DNA of 64,000 nucleotides from an uncultured bacterium (GTDB lineage Bacteria; Oederibacteriota; JAAXVQ01; JAUVAV01): NCBI GenBank assembly GCA_963710755.1, contig CAVQBK010000001.1, positions 288,001 to 352,000 of the forward strand, read 5' to 3'. Shown piece by piece: positions 28,001 to 39,800 of this stretch (position 1 is its first letter; each line of letters starts with the position of its first letter). The notes under the pieces were generated by a model. It saw only the letters and a program-made list of their open reading frames with translations, ran no database searches and was not told where the DNA came from. The position numbers and the translations under genes were made by a program.

Positions 28001-31000
28001 ACTTTAAATCACGAACCATACCTTTCCCGCTCAAATTGATGGCCCAAATGGATTTCTCCCAATGCAGGCCACCGGTGGTATAACGGAACTTGTCACTGTG
28101 GCCGCGTTGGGCAATCCCATAGGTTGCCACAAAAGGTCTGTTGGTTCTCAAATTATGGAAAAGATCGGCCAAGGTAATATGGATTTCATCATTGGCTGCC
28201 AGATCACCCAATTGACCAAAGGCTTGATAGACGGCATCGAAGAGTTGTTGTTCATTTTGGATATAGGGATAATGCATGTATTCAGCGTATTGGGAATGGG
28301 GTTCAATTTTTTTAACCACAGCCACCAGCCGTTCCTGTTCTTCGGCCAAATCAAAAGGATGTCCCATAGAGGCCGCAAAGGTCTGTCTTTGCCCAACCAG
28401 TTCCCTGATGGATAAGGCTTGAGGCGAGCCATCAATAGTCTGTAACTCATTCATAGTAATTTTAAATAAAAATCGGTCTTGTGTTGGCGAAGATTTGACC
28501 TCAACCGGACGGGGACAACCCAGCCGGGCAAATTTGACAGCTTTGTCCAGCAGTTGCTGGCATTCAAAAACGAGTAAGCGGGGATTTTCTCCCTTTTTCA
28601 ATATTTTTACATCCAGCCCCGACCCGTCTTCACTTTGAAAAATCAGACGTCGCCCCAAAACCGAAATCAGTTTCAGTGGTTGTTGAACACCGCACTTCTC
28701 CAACAACACCTTGCGGTTTAACTCGGGCAAAGAAGATAAATCCAAGGAATAGTCCAGGTTGAGATGCGGGGGCGCCGGTTTATAAGACACTTCCGGAACA
28801 ACGTCCAAAATATACTCCGCCAACTGCAGGGAATGATTGAGCGCTTGGCCGTATATGTCAAATTCAAAATTTTCCAGGGTTGGTTCTTCTTTTAAAAGTG
28901 CCCAGAAAAGTTGGTCTTTTTCCCGTCCGGCCATGGTAATCATATTCTTAATGATGGTGCCTGGAGGTTGGTAGTCTTTTACAGCTTTTGCATTTTTCTC
29001 CAATCGGGCACGAAGGATGGAGAAAACAACCGCGGCGGCCACTGGATCCGCAATGCGTTGACTCAATGTTTTAAACCGATCGATTAGCCGAGTGATCCGT
29101 TTTTCAATAACCTCGGGCTCGCCATTTGTGAAAACACTCACCGGCAAGGCCAGGTACGTTCTCAGCACAGCCACAGCACGGGAGGGCGATACGGCCTTTA
29201 AAACGTCGATAAACCGCCTGATCTCAACATGTAAATTCTCAATGCCATAATATTGGGCCCTTATCCCCCGTTCATCGACAAACTCCCTAATAATCTGAAT
29301 TATGGCATAAAGACTTTCAAAGCCTTTGATTTTACTGATTAAAATTAATTGGTTTAATAATTCATCAGGATCATAACCCGGGACTTGGTCCCCTTTCTTG
29401 CTGATGGCAAGCAGCTGTTTTAAGGCAGGTTCAATCAGCCGGGGCCGCAGCGCGGCTTGCAAAGTCTTCCATTGGCGCAAGTGTCTCATGGCCTTGGCCA
29501 TTGTTAAATTTTGTTGCTCAGGATCGAGAGATCCCGGCTGGGTTAGGGTCCACCGGGCAAGCCAGTTCAGCCAGGTTTGTACCATCTCCGGTGAGGCCGG
29601 CAGGTTAAGGATTAATGTTAAAATCCGATTTTCCAATTTGATTTTTAAAAGAGGATTCGCATCGGGAAAGGTTTGTAAATATTTTTGGACCGCACTGTAA
29701 ATATCCGTTTGGTTTTGAGGATAATTCTTTTCGAGGTTGTAGTATATCAGGATTCTTTGAATACTCATTATCAGGTATTGATAGGTTTGGGGACGGATTA
29801 ATTTTTCCAAATATACACCGGCTATGCGCCCAATAGCTGGTTTTAATGGTGGTTGCAGCCGCAGCCCTTCGTGGACAACAATGATCGGTAGCAGCAGGCC
29901 TTCCCTAAGCCGATTAAACCAGCGGTTAGTTGAGCGAGCCATCAGCCATGGTGCCAGGGATACCACCTTGCGGTCTTGGGACCATGTGGTCCGTGCCAGC
30001 CGGTACCAGGGCATGGTCGAATCAAGATTGACTTCATCCGCGCCGGCCTGTACCAGGGCTTGGTTGAACGCTTCCGTTAAAACCGGATCCTGTTGAGCCT
30101 GGTCAAGGTTAAGCGCTTGTGCCCAAAGCAGCAGACCAAGGGCTACCATCAGCTGGCCAGCCAGCACCGCCACCGCCAAGGTGCTCATACCAGCCAAGCC
30201 AAGGCCGAGCAGTACCCCTAGCCATTGGTGGCTGGTTAAGTAAAATTGAAGTCCGCCTGCCAGAAGCACGCCGCCTGCCGCGACAGCCAAGGCATTTTGC
30301 CAAAGGGAATAAGGGCGGCTGACCTGAGGAGCTTGCTTCGGGAATGTTCTTTAAATACTGCTCAAATTGGCCCTCACCTTTTAAAACATCGAGCATGATC
30401 ATCAGACTAGGTTTAAGGATTTTTTGCCGGTCAGAAAGGCTGTGTTTCAAATGAGTGATCCAGATTTCTTGATACCCTGCTTCCAAGGCACTGACCTCGA
30501 TCTCCTGGTCACGAATAGCTTCAAAGGGGTCAAGCTGTTTGTCCAGCTCCATTTTATCAAGGTATTCAGCTTTGAGCAGCCCTTGACCATAGCCGGTGTT
30601 CTTTAATAATGTTGAAAACTGCTTCACCGCCTCTGTCATGAGTTCCATTGCTTGTCTAGGATGACGCCCATGACGCATCTTGGCTAGACGTTGCAACTCC
30701 ATGATCTTCGTCAGACTTTCCTCAACTTCCGGCGTTATTAAATCAGACCGCATGGGTGATAGGAACAGCTTGGTATTCAGGAAATCAAGGGTAAAGTCAA
30801 GCACTCCAAACGTCGTATTCGGATAACGGTAATCATTGAGTAGCGAGCCGAAATTAAAAAGCAGCGGCCAGCCGTCCACAAAAAAGTAGCGCCATAAATA
30901 GGGCTGGTTCATCTTCATAAAAATCTGAGCAATGAAAATATTGTTGAAAGCTTCTGCCATATTAATGCCGTACAGCTCAACCTTTTCCGCCGGGCAATGA

Positions 31001-33579
31001 TCAGGCAGCTCACTGTCCTTGATGGTTCTGTAATTGACCACTCTGGCCATCACATAATCTTGCCGGTGAAGTTGAATTTTACTCATGGGGCCGATATTGG
31101 TTTTTTTCCATTGTTCGAACACTTTAGGCGGTATCTCACTTATCGGGGTCATATTGGCCATAGAATGCAGTAGATTATAGGTAAAACGGGTTAATTTAGA
31201 AGGTACCCTGAGGATAAGCCAGTTCTCATTTTTATAGGAGATGAGATGAGCCCGCAAATGCTTTTCCATACGCTCATAGTAATTCAGATAATTTTCAAAA
31301 TAGTGAATTCTTCCGGAAAAAGGATTGATCATGGCCGGTTCGGATTGTTTGACACCCTCGATAAACCGGCCCGCATATTCGCCCAGGCCTTCACCTAAAT
31401 CAGCTTGTAAAAAGGCTAAAATCGCGGTCTTTATCAACTCTTTCCTGGCCTGATGAGCCTTGGCGTCTTTGCTCTGTTGGCTACCTTTCGTCCCGGTCAT
31501 CATCATCACCGGTGACATCGGATCATCCGCCACTTCAAAGTCCATTCCTGCAGGAATAGCTAAAGGCTGCTCTTGATAAAGGCCATTTTTCAACGTGTTA
31601 ACCATTGCTTCCCAGAAGCGCCAAGGCGCCCAAAAAACCTTTAAAAGCCATCCTTTAATGGTATTTCCCCAACCCCTCCACGGCAGGCCGGACAGCCAAC
31701 GATTGAGATCACGGCCACGGTGTAGCAGGAATGTCAGAACCAAATAGACGGCAATAAGCCTCACCAGGGGTGAGGTATCCAGAGCGTGTCCGCGCCAAGC
31801 AGCCAAACGTTGGGTTACAGCCTCAATGTATTCGGGAGCGACCAGCACGATAGGGTGGCTGCCAATGGTCATGGCGACATCCAGTCTTTCTTCCTGTTTA
31901 ACCAGACCGGACACGGCTTTGGGGCCAATTACGGCCAGGGCGGCCTTGGCCCCCAAGCGAATCGGCACCGTCATGGTGTGGTCTTTATAAACTTTAATGT
32001 TACTCCATCCGATTTGGATATCCCGGGCCTGACCGGCATAGCCGGCCAAGAGTTTTTTCACCACTGCATTCAAATGATAAATGACTTTATTTTGCATATG
32101 GGCATAAGCTATGGTTCTTACCTTAAACAACAACACCAATAAACGTTTAAAAGATCTTTCCCTCACCGTTAGGCCGGACTCGTCCGGTATTTTAGTCGGG
32201 TCCTGACTCTTGGGGAGATAGGATTGGAGGGCAAACTTGCGCTGCTCCTGGCTGAGCCATTGCTCCAGGGCGGTGGGCTTGCTGGTCAAAAGACTGAAAT
32301 AGGGATTAAGCACATCCTGCTTGGTCAAACGCGGTTTCAAAGCCAGGTAGGACAAGCCCTTTTCTTTCAGGGCCTTCAGTACGCCGTCCGTATGATAACC
32401 ACCGGTGATCAAGAGGGCGATGCCCTGCTTCTGCTCTTGCATGGCTGCAATAGTGTTATCCACAAACGCCCGGCTGCGCGCCTCAGCCCCTTGATAAAAC
32501 GTTTTGGCCTCCTTCAGGTAATCATCAAGGCGATAAAGATCAGGTGACAGGATCTGAGTCTGAGTACTTGCTTCTTTGCCTTGATGGCGGTTGATGAAGT
32601 CCATAAAGGTTTGCACGTTAAATAGGTCATGGCCGGTGCGAAATAGCGCCACTTCCTCCGGTGTGGCCGATATATTCAATAACTTTTCAATAAGGGTAAG
32701 ACGGCCCAGCTGTTCGTCGAGAAACCGTTCTTCCGGACGGCTATAATACTTTTCCCGTATTAATTGTTCCAGGCGATCCATTTCCCCGAAGAGGGCTTCA
32801 GGATCCGCCTTTTGGTCATGAGCACCATGGCCCCGGTAAGCCTCGAAATTGGGAAAAGCCTTGAGGCTCAACTTTAATTTCCGGGCCAAGCGAGACAGAA
32901 ACACCGCATACGCGGACAGGGGCACACGTCCGAGTCGGAATTTTTCAAACTGGGCATCAACCTGATGTAAACGTTTGGAATAGATCGTTGGTTTTAAATT
33001 GTTCAGAGCGTCGCGCAAATCATAACAATACCCCAGGGCTTCATGGCTGAGAAGCATGTCCACGGACTTTTTATTTTCAGCGTAAAGGCGGGCGTCTTCG
33101 ATGCCTTCCAAGCGTATGGGATTTTTGCCCGTGGCCGCGCAATATTCAGCGCCTGTTAACTTTCCTTGCTTCACAAAATAATCACTGACTTCTTTGCGGA
33201 TTTTTTCCAGAGGAAAACTTCTGATCTCAGTGGGATTAATAGGCTGGCTGCTGCCCTCCACCGCCACCAATTTCAGTTGTTGTTCCTGACTTAACCGTGC
33301 GATAAGCTTGGCAATATTCATCTGGACTTCGTAATTACAGTGAAGGTCCTGCAGCTGAATAACCACGGGACCCGTGCCTTGATGAAAAGATTGAACAGTG
33401 GCCAGACGCGACGGGATATGGACAAGCCGGTTATTAAACATCACTGTCCCTTGTCCTGTCATTAAAGCGGAACTGTCAAAAGACCAACTGACCACCGGTA
33501 AAAGAAAACTGAGACAAACCAAATGAGTGACAACTTTGATAGGCCAACTGTGCTTTTTAATAATCAAAGATGAAATCAT
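19027..33579 (-). CDS. Giant multidomain secreted/membrane protein A (~4,850 codons), split by at least 7 single-base frameshifts (probable read errors, or pseudogenisation)
   Basis: ORF-track fragments 33579-30109, 30290-26877, 26989-24080, 24117-23419, 23405-23124, 23290-23087, 23069-22866 and 22782-19027 overlap or abut. Most junctions need a +1 shift at a homopolymer. The break at ~26882 is shown by an internal repeat (TCA ACT AAC in copy 1 vs TCG GAC TAA in copy 2). Signal-like N-terminus; ends LQSAA. Confidence 0.75.
26805..27096 (-). repeat. Intragenic ~290-bp direct repeat, copy 2 (TM end plus degenerate zincin-like spacer)
   Basis: DPKLTEAFNQPLVQAGADEVNLDSTMAWYRLART...NRWFNRLREGLLLPTIVVHEGLRLQ; near-identical DNA to 29854-30143. 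Confidence 0.9.
29854..30143 (-). repeat. Intragenic ~290-bp direct repeat, copy 1
   Basis: DPVLTEAFNQALVQAGADEVNLDSTMPWYRLART...NRWFNRLREGLLLPIIVVHEGLRLQ. Confidence 0.9.
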
Positions 33580-33810
33580 CGGACCGCCTATGTCTGAGAT
33601 TTGAAACAGATAAATGAGATTAGATTAAATCTATTATAGCAAAGCAGTAGTTGATCGCAAATGTGAGGACAGGCTTTTAGGAAAATTATCAAATTTAAAA
33701 ATCAGTACGTTTCAATTTAAAGCTTACTGTTTGGTTTTTATGGGTATTGTTAAAACACCCAGCCTGAATCACTATATTTTAATATCTTTATTTTATAAGG
33801 ATATTATCGC

Positions 33811-36800
33811 TTATGCCGATTGGAGTAGCGAATGAACCCCCGGACGAAGACGTTTTTGGGGTTTTTGCTTGGAATCGAAAAGCTTCTTAAGCAGCGGCTC
33901 TATACCCCATATCGGCAGAGGGTGTTGATGACGATCGTGTAGGCGGCGCGGAAACCAACGTTTGAATAACGATTGCTCTTGGGCAAATTCCAGACTGATT
34001 GTTTCCATTCTTCGTGTGTAATAGTCATAGGTCATAGCCACGGCCAGCATGGCGCGGCCCTGCCAAGTCAGCAATCCTCGACGGTTAAAACAAGCTGCTG
34101 GTAGAATCACTTCCATTTTTTTAGAGGCACCGTCATAAGTGACTACCCACTGGTGTGCCATGACTCTATGAGCATAGTCAACCAACGTCATTCCTGGAAC
34201 GATGTGAAAAGATAGAAGCACCTGCTTATCCAGCAAACTAATCAAAAGAGCCGGTTCTTGGAGAGCATGGGTTACAAACAACCGACCTAATTGGTCCATC
34301 GTTGTATCGCTCATTGTACTTGCTCTCAGATGGTCCCGCCTGTGCAGGCTTGTAATCAGGACAAGACCATACAAGAAAATTTTCAGCATTAAGACTTTCA
34401 GCCAAAGAGGCAGTGGAATTGACAGGGGCAGCATCGTCTGATTAACCTGATGGTCACGTATAACCTTGTCCAAAGGCAACGTTAACGTTTTTTGGGCTAT
34501 GCTCTCTTTTCCTTGTTTTACAATGATATTCTGATCATAATTAGCCCGGGCATGCGCTACTCCGCTGGTTTTGATAACCGGCCAGGCCACTAAACCCAGC
34601 AATCCGGCCATGATCCATGATCCCAAAATACCACTGGCCGAAAGTGCGCCGAGACCGGCGGTTATCACCATTGGCAGGAGCAATGAGGTTCTTGCAGCCG
34701 TCCAGGAAGGTCTTAGCATGAATAAAAGGCGTTGCAATGGCTTCATACCGTTGGGTCCGCGCCATGCCTTATACTCATGTTGGGCAACATCAGCAACCAA
34801 CACGCCGCCAAAGACATGGGCGCCAAGAAAGACTGCAAAAAGCAAGGCAGCCGGCCCTAATAGCGATAGGATCAGAGCCGTCCAACCCTGTGCTTGGCCA
34901 TGGCCAAGCACAGCCAATATCTGGAAAAGAAGATAGACCGTACTGGCCACCCATCCTTCCGCGCGCCCCGTGGTCACAGGGTCCCAGCCTAAGGTTGCCC
35001 CCAGTTTCCCTATGGCGCCAGGCACGCCATTCAGCGCTGTTCCATCAGGCAAGATTACAGATCCATTGGTATAGGTCATCACCATGGTTAGCGGCAAGCG
35101 TTGAAACCAGGCATTGTAATGGTCGTAGTAATGGACAATCTTTTGATTCCATTGTTTAAGTTCGTTAAAAAAAGCCTTTAACTCATTTTGTTTATCAGGA
35201 TCCGCCTGCCAATGATGAAGAATCTGATTAAATAAAAGATGGAAATCCCCTTTATCAAATTCATTGTAATAACTGTCTTGGTTCTGCATGCCCACAAACC
35301 AATGGATTACAAAATCAGCCAATGTTTTTCCATTTAGCTGATTCAATATCTCATAGCGCTTGTCCTTATCCACCACCTGGCTCACGGCAGCAGGTATAAT
35401 GGCCTTGTGTTGGTTGATCAAGTCGAATATTTGGTTGCGGGTCAGGCGTGAAAAATCAAGGTCCGTTTTTTCAATCCAAACTGCCAGAAGATGGGGGTCT
35501 GTTCGGCCCAGTTGGGTCAAGGTGTTTTTATACAAATTATGATTAAAGGGAAATCTTAAAATCCACCTGAATAATTTAGGATTAATGTCCGCAATCAAGG
35601 TCAGCAAATACACAAATTGGTCATGGGGCAGCTGCCCATAGACGTCCTGCATCATGTTACGAATATTGCCCAGTAATATCCGCTCATCGGCCTTGAGATT
35701 TAAAATAGCAGGACCTTCCGTCAGCACGGTAAGCGCCGTGGTTAAAAGGAGGATATATTTTTGCTGAACCAACTCCGGATGGACCAGTCTGATCTTGCGT
35801 AATAAGGTTTTCAATGGCAGGGATAAGTCTTTTTCGGTTCCCTCTTTCTGCCCAATCCAAGCCTTGATGATTTTGCTCAGATGGGCCGCTTCTTCCAAAT
35901 GCTTGGCCTGCAATTTATGACGCCACTGTTTAATTGTTCGTGTCCAAACCATGGTCTCCTTTTGATGCCCCAAGAGACCTGAATAAGGCAACACAGGAAT
36001 GTTATCTCCATGGTAAACGCGGCCGGTGTTGCCGTCGACCGTGATGGGATCATCAAAGGACAAGCGCCTGTTTTCAGGCCCCAACAGCGCGTACGATTTT
36101 AGGCCATAACCCTGAATCTTCATTTGCGCCACGCCGGTAACCACCGGTTCAAAGCGGCGGGCCTGGCGTTTAAGCGCAGCACCGTGAGAATAAACATTGC
36201 CATAGGCCTCGATCACACCTTGGCATAGAGGATGGCGGATCAGGTCTTCATCACCGGCATTGGTTTGGCGTACCACCAATATAATGGGCTCTTGCTTGGT
36301 AATTAAAGCTTGGGCCTGTTGACGGTTAAAAGCCGTTCGGCCACTAGCCACTCCGGGAGCGCAAGCCAGCCCATTAGCCAGCAAGTCGTTGCGGGCCTTG
36401 GGTTCATCCACCCAGGGCGCCTTCAGGGCATCCTCAAACCAAGCCAGCTCTCCCAGGGATATTTCGCGCATAATTTCCTGATCGCTTTTCAACCTTTCTT
36501 GTTTCATTTGCAGCAGACTGCGGATACGTGCCAGGGGGTAAAGCAGCCTGTCGGCACTGCGCAATTGCACCGCCGCCAGCCGGCCTGCTTCAATGGTGAA
36601 TTCCATGTCCAAACAAGTACGATAATGTTTTTCCATCCTGTTTTTTAACCGTTCCAATTCTCTATAAACGTGCGGCAGACGCTCGGCCAGGCTTACCAGG
36701 CCATTGGCGGTCACTGCTCCGGAAACAATATCCTCACCCACAGCGCCCCAGGAAAAGACACCCCACATGCCCTTCTCACCGGTAATGGGATGGCGCGAAT

Positions 36801-39800
36801 AAAGCACGCCCGATCCGGACTTGCGCTGATCAAGGGGCTTATAGCCATCCCTGTCACCAAACACCATCTCCTGGATAATAACGGCCGTGCCTGTATCAGC
36901 CAGGCTGGATTGCTCCCTGTACTCCCGCATGGGTTTGCCATCCCAAGACGCTGCGACAGCTTTAATGGCTTCATGCATCTGTTCATTAATATCCTCAGGA
37001 TAAGCCAGATGAAGCCCCCTCAACCGTTTCCGGTATAATCTGACTAATTTTCGCCAATCCTGAGCTTCAAGGTCCCCCGGCTGGCGTCCGGCAAGCACTT
37101 CTGTGTAGAGAGGGTCAAATTCCTGTGGTTTAACATTGTGCACTTTGACGCCGTACTCCCTGATGCCTCTGGCATAGGCCTGCCAGGCAAAACGGGGATC
37201 AGTGGCCTTGGCCAAGGCTTTCACCCTCCGTTGATTAAGACCGAGGTAGGTTACGGTCTTCATTTTACCTGGTGCTGAGTCAGGCGCACCGGAACGTACT
37301 GAGATCAAGAGTGGAACCCCTTTTCCAGAACGCCACCGCTTATGGGACATGGTTTCCAGCCGCTTCATGGCCTTTTCCAAATTCATGATCATATTCGTAT
37401 AAAATCCTTTATTTTCAATCGCTTTATTGGCTACGCCGACAGGAATAACAAATCCTATTGGTACAGGTCCGTTTAATTTGGCCATTTCAGATAAATTGGC
37501 ACCTTTGGCGCTCAGTATGTCGCGCATTCCCATATCGCCATCAGCATAACCAGGATAGAAAAAATAAAAGGGCACATCACTTTTGTGAGATCCTACGCTA
37601 GGAGTATCAGCGGCCTTGCTAAGCATTAAATGATCATGATGTTGCCTGGGAGGCGGACTCCCCATCGCCATGACTCCATTGGTCAATAGCCTCCATGGCC
37701 CGGGAAGAAAGGCCAAAGTTAAAACCGCCAGCAAAGCTATAATGAAAGTTATATTTTGCCGAAAAAGCAATGGACCTTGGGCCCAAATAGCCGGCCATGA
37801 ATCATGCCAATGATAAAACAAAATGCCGCCTATAACCGTTGCGGCCAACCACCAATAGGGGTTTCTTTTAGTGTCTGCCCGGTTGACGTTGGCATGCATC
37901 CATCCGCTGACAATGTCGATGACCGCGCCGGACAGAAAAGCCTGTTTAATCTTCCGCCAGTCCCCTTTGCCGATGTCCTCGGTGATCTCCCTGCCATGAT
38001 CCTTAGGCTGGAACAGGCGATTGATGATGTGTTTACTAAGCAGTTCCACCATGCGCTTACGCGAGGTTGTTCCGTCAACGGGATCGGGAAAAGTGCCGCC
38101 ATAACGCAGCTTAAGGAAAAAGTTAAAATCGGTCATGAGCAAAACTTTGTTCTGATACGCAGGATGAAGGTTTAGAAGCTTCTTTTTGATTTCCGGGCTG
38201 GCCACGACAATCAGATCGCTCTTTTTTAATACTTCGCTGGTTATTGGTCTGCTTCTAAAAGCTATGAGACTTTCTTTATCAATAGGTACATGTGCTTCAC
38301 GTATAACTGCCAAATAGTGTTGGTCAATAGATAGGTCATACGTTGCCGACTTTACATACCATCCCCCGGAAGTTACAGTGACATTGCTCTTCCCCTGGAG
38401 ATTAATCTGATATTGAGCAAGGAGTTCCGCCAAAGCGCTACGGTTGCGGTTGGTAAGGCAAACAAAACAGAGATTGACCTCCTCATCAATTGCAATGGCA
38501 TTGGCAATGCGATCAATCAAAGGCTGTTTGGGAACAAAAAGTGAATCCACACCACTTTTGAATACCCTTGCCGGTGTAAAAAGGAATGCCTTTATCTTCG
38601 TCCCCCAATCCTCGTTTAATTTTGAACCCAGCTGCTTTACCAGGGCCTTGACTTGGTATTCATTATCAACGTGCGCGATTATCCAGTGTGGCAGGATATC
38701 GGCTTGGAATAAATTTTCCGGCATCGCAAATTCCGCACTACCGTGATTTCGGGGCATGACCACAACCTCTTTGGACACGCCGGCTACCATGGCCTGGCCA
38801 ATGCTCATCCACTGCGCGCACCGGGCTTGCTGTTTTTGCTGCGCTGTCCATGGCCGAGGCTGACTATACTCGTCTTGGTTTTGGCTCAAAAATCGGTCCA
38901 AGGCTTCAGTCTTGTGTTTAGAATGATCTTTTACCCAAAATCCCAATGGTTTTAAAATCGCCTGTACCCTTCCCATAAACGCGGGTTGCTCAAAAATGCT
39001 GCGCAGGGCCATTTTGGTCTGGTGTTTTTGAAACAAGGCTTCCAGAGGCGTTGGCCGGCCTTGCAGCAATTGGAAATAAGGATTAAGGCGGTCATGTTTG
39101 GTGAGGCCCGGGGTGATTAAAACCGTGCTGATCCCTTTCTGACGCAGCGCTTCCAGGACAGCAGCTGTATGATAGCCGCCGCCAATCAAAATCGCCCTTG
39201 GTTGGCCGGTGGCACTCATTTTTTTCAGCAAATGCTCCACAAAGGCCGTACTGCGCCGGTCGGCCAGAAGGTAGAATTGCCGGGCATGTCCCAGGGCCTG
39301 ATTCAGGCTGGTGACGGCCAAGGTCAGATCAGTATCCTCTATGGTTATCCTATGATCATTGGCCATGCGTTTAAGATCCTGGTACAGGAAGGCGGCGTTG
39401 TATTGGCTATGTTGGCGAAAGGTTAGAAGTTCGGAAGGCGTAGCGGAAATAGCGGTTATTTTTTCGACCAGCTCAAGCCAGCGTTCACCTTGAAGGATGC
39501 GTTTTTCCTCTTCCTTGGTGGCCAGCCGGTCCGCCAGGATGTTTTCCATCCCGGCCATGTCTTGAAAAAGACGGTCAGGGTCAACGTCCGAAGGATGTTG
39601 TTCATACTGTTCCAGGTCCATATAAGCGTCCAAGGCCAACCCCAGGCGCCGGGCTTGAGCTAAAAGCGAACGGCCATAATCAGGCAGGGGCAAATGCCCC
39701 TCCCTGTATTGCCGTTTTAAACGGGCCAGGGCTTGGAGGTTAGGGTTATAAACATAAGGCTCAAGGGTTTCCAGGGCAGTTCTGAAATCCGCCAGGCAAC

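Noticed and set aside
30345-30356. Programmed -1 frameshift at T TTA AAG joining the first two fragments of giant A
   Set aside because: The downstream frame is +1, not -1, so the heptamer cannot explain the junction.
36000-37540. Housekeeping ppdK gene
   Set aside because: It lacks the C-terminal pyruvate-binding barrel and is embedded in a signal-bearing multi-TM giant protein.
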